Part shown: positions 62,299 to 64,000 of the stretch, piece by piece
Layout of the letters: every line of letters begins with the position of its first letter
Numbering within the stretch: the stretch's first letter is position 1
DNA from: Eledone cirrhosa
Taxonomy: Eukaryota
Reading direction: 5' to 3'
Assembly: GCA_964016885.1 (NCBI GenBank)
Contig: OZ024743.1
Location: 153,760,001-153,824,000, forward strand
DNA length: 64,000 bases
Position numbers and translations under genes: made by a program
The notes under the pieces: model-generated
The model's input: the letters and a program-made list of their open reading frames with translations, nothing else
Database searches by the model: none
Told to the model about the DNA's origin: nothing

Positions 62299-63994
62299 TT
62301 CGGTATTTCTGGATCAAACATACATATGGCAGGGTGTTGAGTGTGGTTTTCTGTTTTGGATTGTTAAGTTGATGGGGATTTAGGTGTCTTGCCCTGTCTA
62401 TTCCATTGTTGATTATTTCAAGTGGAAAGGCTCTTAAGATAAGGGTGTCTTTTAGTTCCTTTAGTCTTTGCTCCCGTTTAGGAGGATCTGATACTATGGT
62501 ACATATACGTTTGGCCAAATTGTAAGGAATGTTAAGTTTTGTATGTTTTGGGTGACTTGATGTGAAAAAGAGGTATTGCTTGGAATCTGTGGGTTTATAG
62601 AATATATCTGTATCTAATTTCCCGTCTATTACAGAGATGAGAATATCCAAGAAGGCTAATTCCTTGGGATTGGATTCCATTGTGAATTGTATGTTATTAT
62701 CTATGTTGTTTATCATGTTTTTAAACATAGTAAGTGAGTTCATGTCTTCTTGCCATAGGATAAAGCAGTCGTCTAGATATCTTTTCCAATTGGCTTTGAG
62801 GTGTGTGTGGAAAGAGTCTCCAAATAAGAGAAGGGACTGACTGTATATTTGTTGTTCATGGAATCCCATGACTAGGTTGGCATATGTGGGTGCTACTTTC
62901 GTGCCCATTGCCGTACCTGATACTTGTCTGTATGTTGAACCATTGAATGTGAAGTAGTTATTTTGTAGGATAAAGCGGAGTCCGCCAGTGATAAAATCTT
63001 TGTTGATGCGTGTCGGTATTTCTGATGGGTGTGTGTTAAGCCAGTATTGGACTGCTGTTATTCCATAGTTGTGGGGTATGTTTGTGTAGAGGTTTATTAC
63101 GTCAAAGGAGACAAGAATTGTATTTGCACTTACTGTTTTAGGGAGGTGTTTCAGCATGTCAAGGTCATCTCGTATGTAGCTCTGTATATGTTGTAGAAAG
63201 GGTTTCAGTAGGATGTCCAGAAAGTTGCTAAGTCTGTGAGTTTCACATGTAGGGCCTGCTATAATTGGCCTGAGTTTTAGGTCTTCTGGTGGTGTTAGTT
63301 CAATGTAATTGTTGGTTGAGGTGTCACATGCATCGTTTATGGGTTTACATTTGTGGAGTTTCGGTAAGCCGTAAAAAGAGCTTGTATTGCATTTGAAGTG
63401 GCTTATATAGTTAAACTCTTTTGTGGTTAAGCTGTTGCGGTATTTATTCAGTAAGGTCAAAAGGTTCCCCATTGTTTTGGTGTGTTTGTAGTTTTCTGTT
63501 TTTTCATAGTATGTGTTATTTTCTAAAATGTTAAGTGCGAGGGTCCTATAGTAGTCCGTATTCATAATGACAACAGTACTGCCTTTATCGGCTTCTTTGA
63601 TAGTTATCTCAGGGTTGTTTCTAAGTGTGAATAATTCTTCCCATTCGTGTGTAGATAGGTTTGATTTCGTGTGTTTATTTGTAATTTTTTCATAGGGAAA
63701 GTTGGTGATGTGTTCGCAGTACGTGTCCAGTGCTTTATTTCTTCCCTTTTGTGGGCAGAAATTGCTTTTATTTCCAACCAGTGATTCGTCTTCAGTGTTG
63801 GTGTCGTTGTGGAAGAATTCCGTTAGTCGCAGCTTTCGGCAGTATTCCATGATGTCATCCTTCATTTCGGGGAAGTTTGGTTTACGTGGTGTAGGTGTAA
63901 ATTTCAGGCCCTTACTTAAAATGTTGATTTGTGTGTTGGTTAGAGGTGTCTTTGAGAGGTTGATTATTTTTGGTTTCTCCTGAAGAGGGGCCAT
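62291..63994 (-). CDS. Penelope-like (Neptune-like) reverse transcriptase, 567-aa open frame; element likely continues past the window edge
   Basis: KIINLS..LSKGLKFTPTP, IKEADKG, FYGLPKLHK, LRPII, SFDVINLYTNIPH, GTAMGTKVAPTYANL, WKRYLDD, AFLD, YKPTDSKQYL..SSHP. Confidence 0.92.
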   Translation of the reverse strand: MAPLQEKPKIINLSKTPLTNTQINILSKGLKFTPTPRKPNFPEMKDDIMEYCRKLRLTEFFHNDTNTEDESLVGNKSNFCPQKGRNKALDTYCEHITNFPYEKITNKHTKSNLSTHEWEELFTLRNNPEITIKEADKGSTVVIMNTDYYRTLALNILENNTYYEKTENYKHTKTMGNLLTLLNKYRNSLTTKEFNYISHFKCNTSSFYGLPKLHKCKPINDACDTSTNNYIELTPPEDLKLRPIIAGPTCETHRLSNFLDILLKPFLQHIQSYIRDDLDMLKHLPKTVSANTILVSFDVINLYTNIPHNYGITAVQYWLNTHPSEIPTRINKDFITGGLRFILQNNYFTFNGSTYRQVSGTAMGTKVAPTYANLVMGFHEQQIYSQSLLLFGDSFHTHLKANWKRYLDDCFILWQEDMNSLTMFKNMINNIDNNIQFTMESNPKELAFLDILISVIDGKLDTDIFYKPTDSKQYLFFTSSHPKHTKLNIPYNLAKRICTIVSDPPKREQRLKELKDTLILRAFPLEIINNGIDRARHLNPHQLNNPKQKTTLNTLPYVCLIQKYRNV

Positions 63995-64000
63995 CGAGTA

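Overview
This is AT-rich eukaryotic DNA with dense (TA)n/(CA)n/(ATG)n microsatellites. Its SINE and RTE repeats resemble those of octopus-like cephalopods (inference). No host gene could be supported; nearly all non-transposon ORFs in the track are microsatellite artefacts. The window is mostly decayed transposons: a CRE-type non-LTR element (PHD finger + RT + restriction-like endonuclease) with a 3' fragment of a relative, an RTE LINE and its derivatives, an ORF1-only L1/Tx1-like relic, two adjacent CsRn1-type Gypsy elements, at least five Penelope-like elements (PLEs), mariner, Helitron and hAT relics, and tRNA-derived SINEs. The least obvious signal is non-coding: about nine type I hammerhead ribozyme motifs from several unrelated families. 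These include a tandem pair bounding a 423-nt retrozyme-like unit (24.9-25.8 kb) and a set with long stem II insertions followed by a 5' splice site 12-15 nt after the predicted cleavage site. All folds were paired by eye and coordinates are approximate at element edges.
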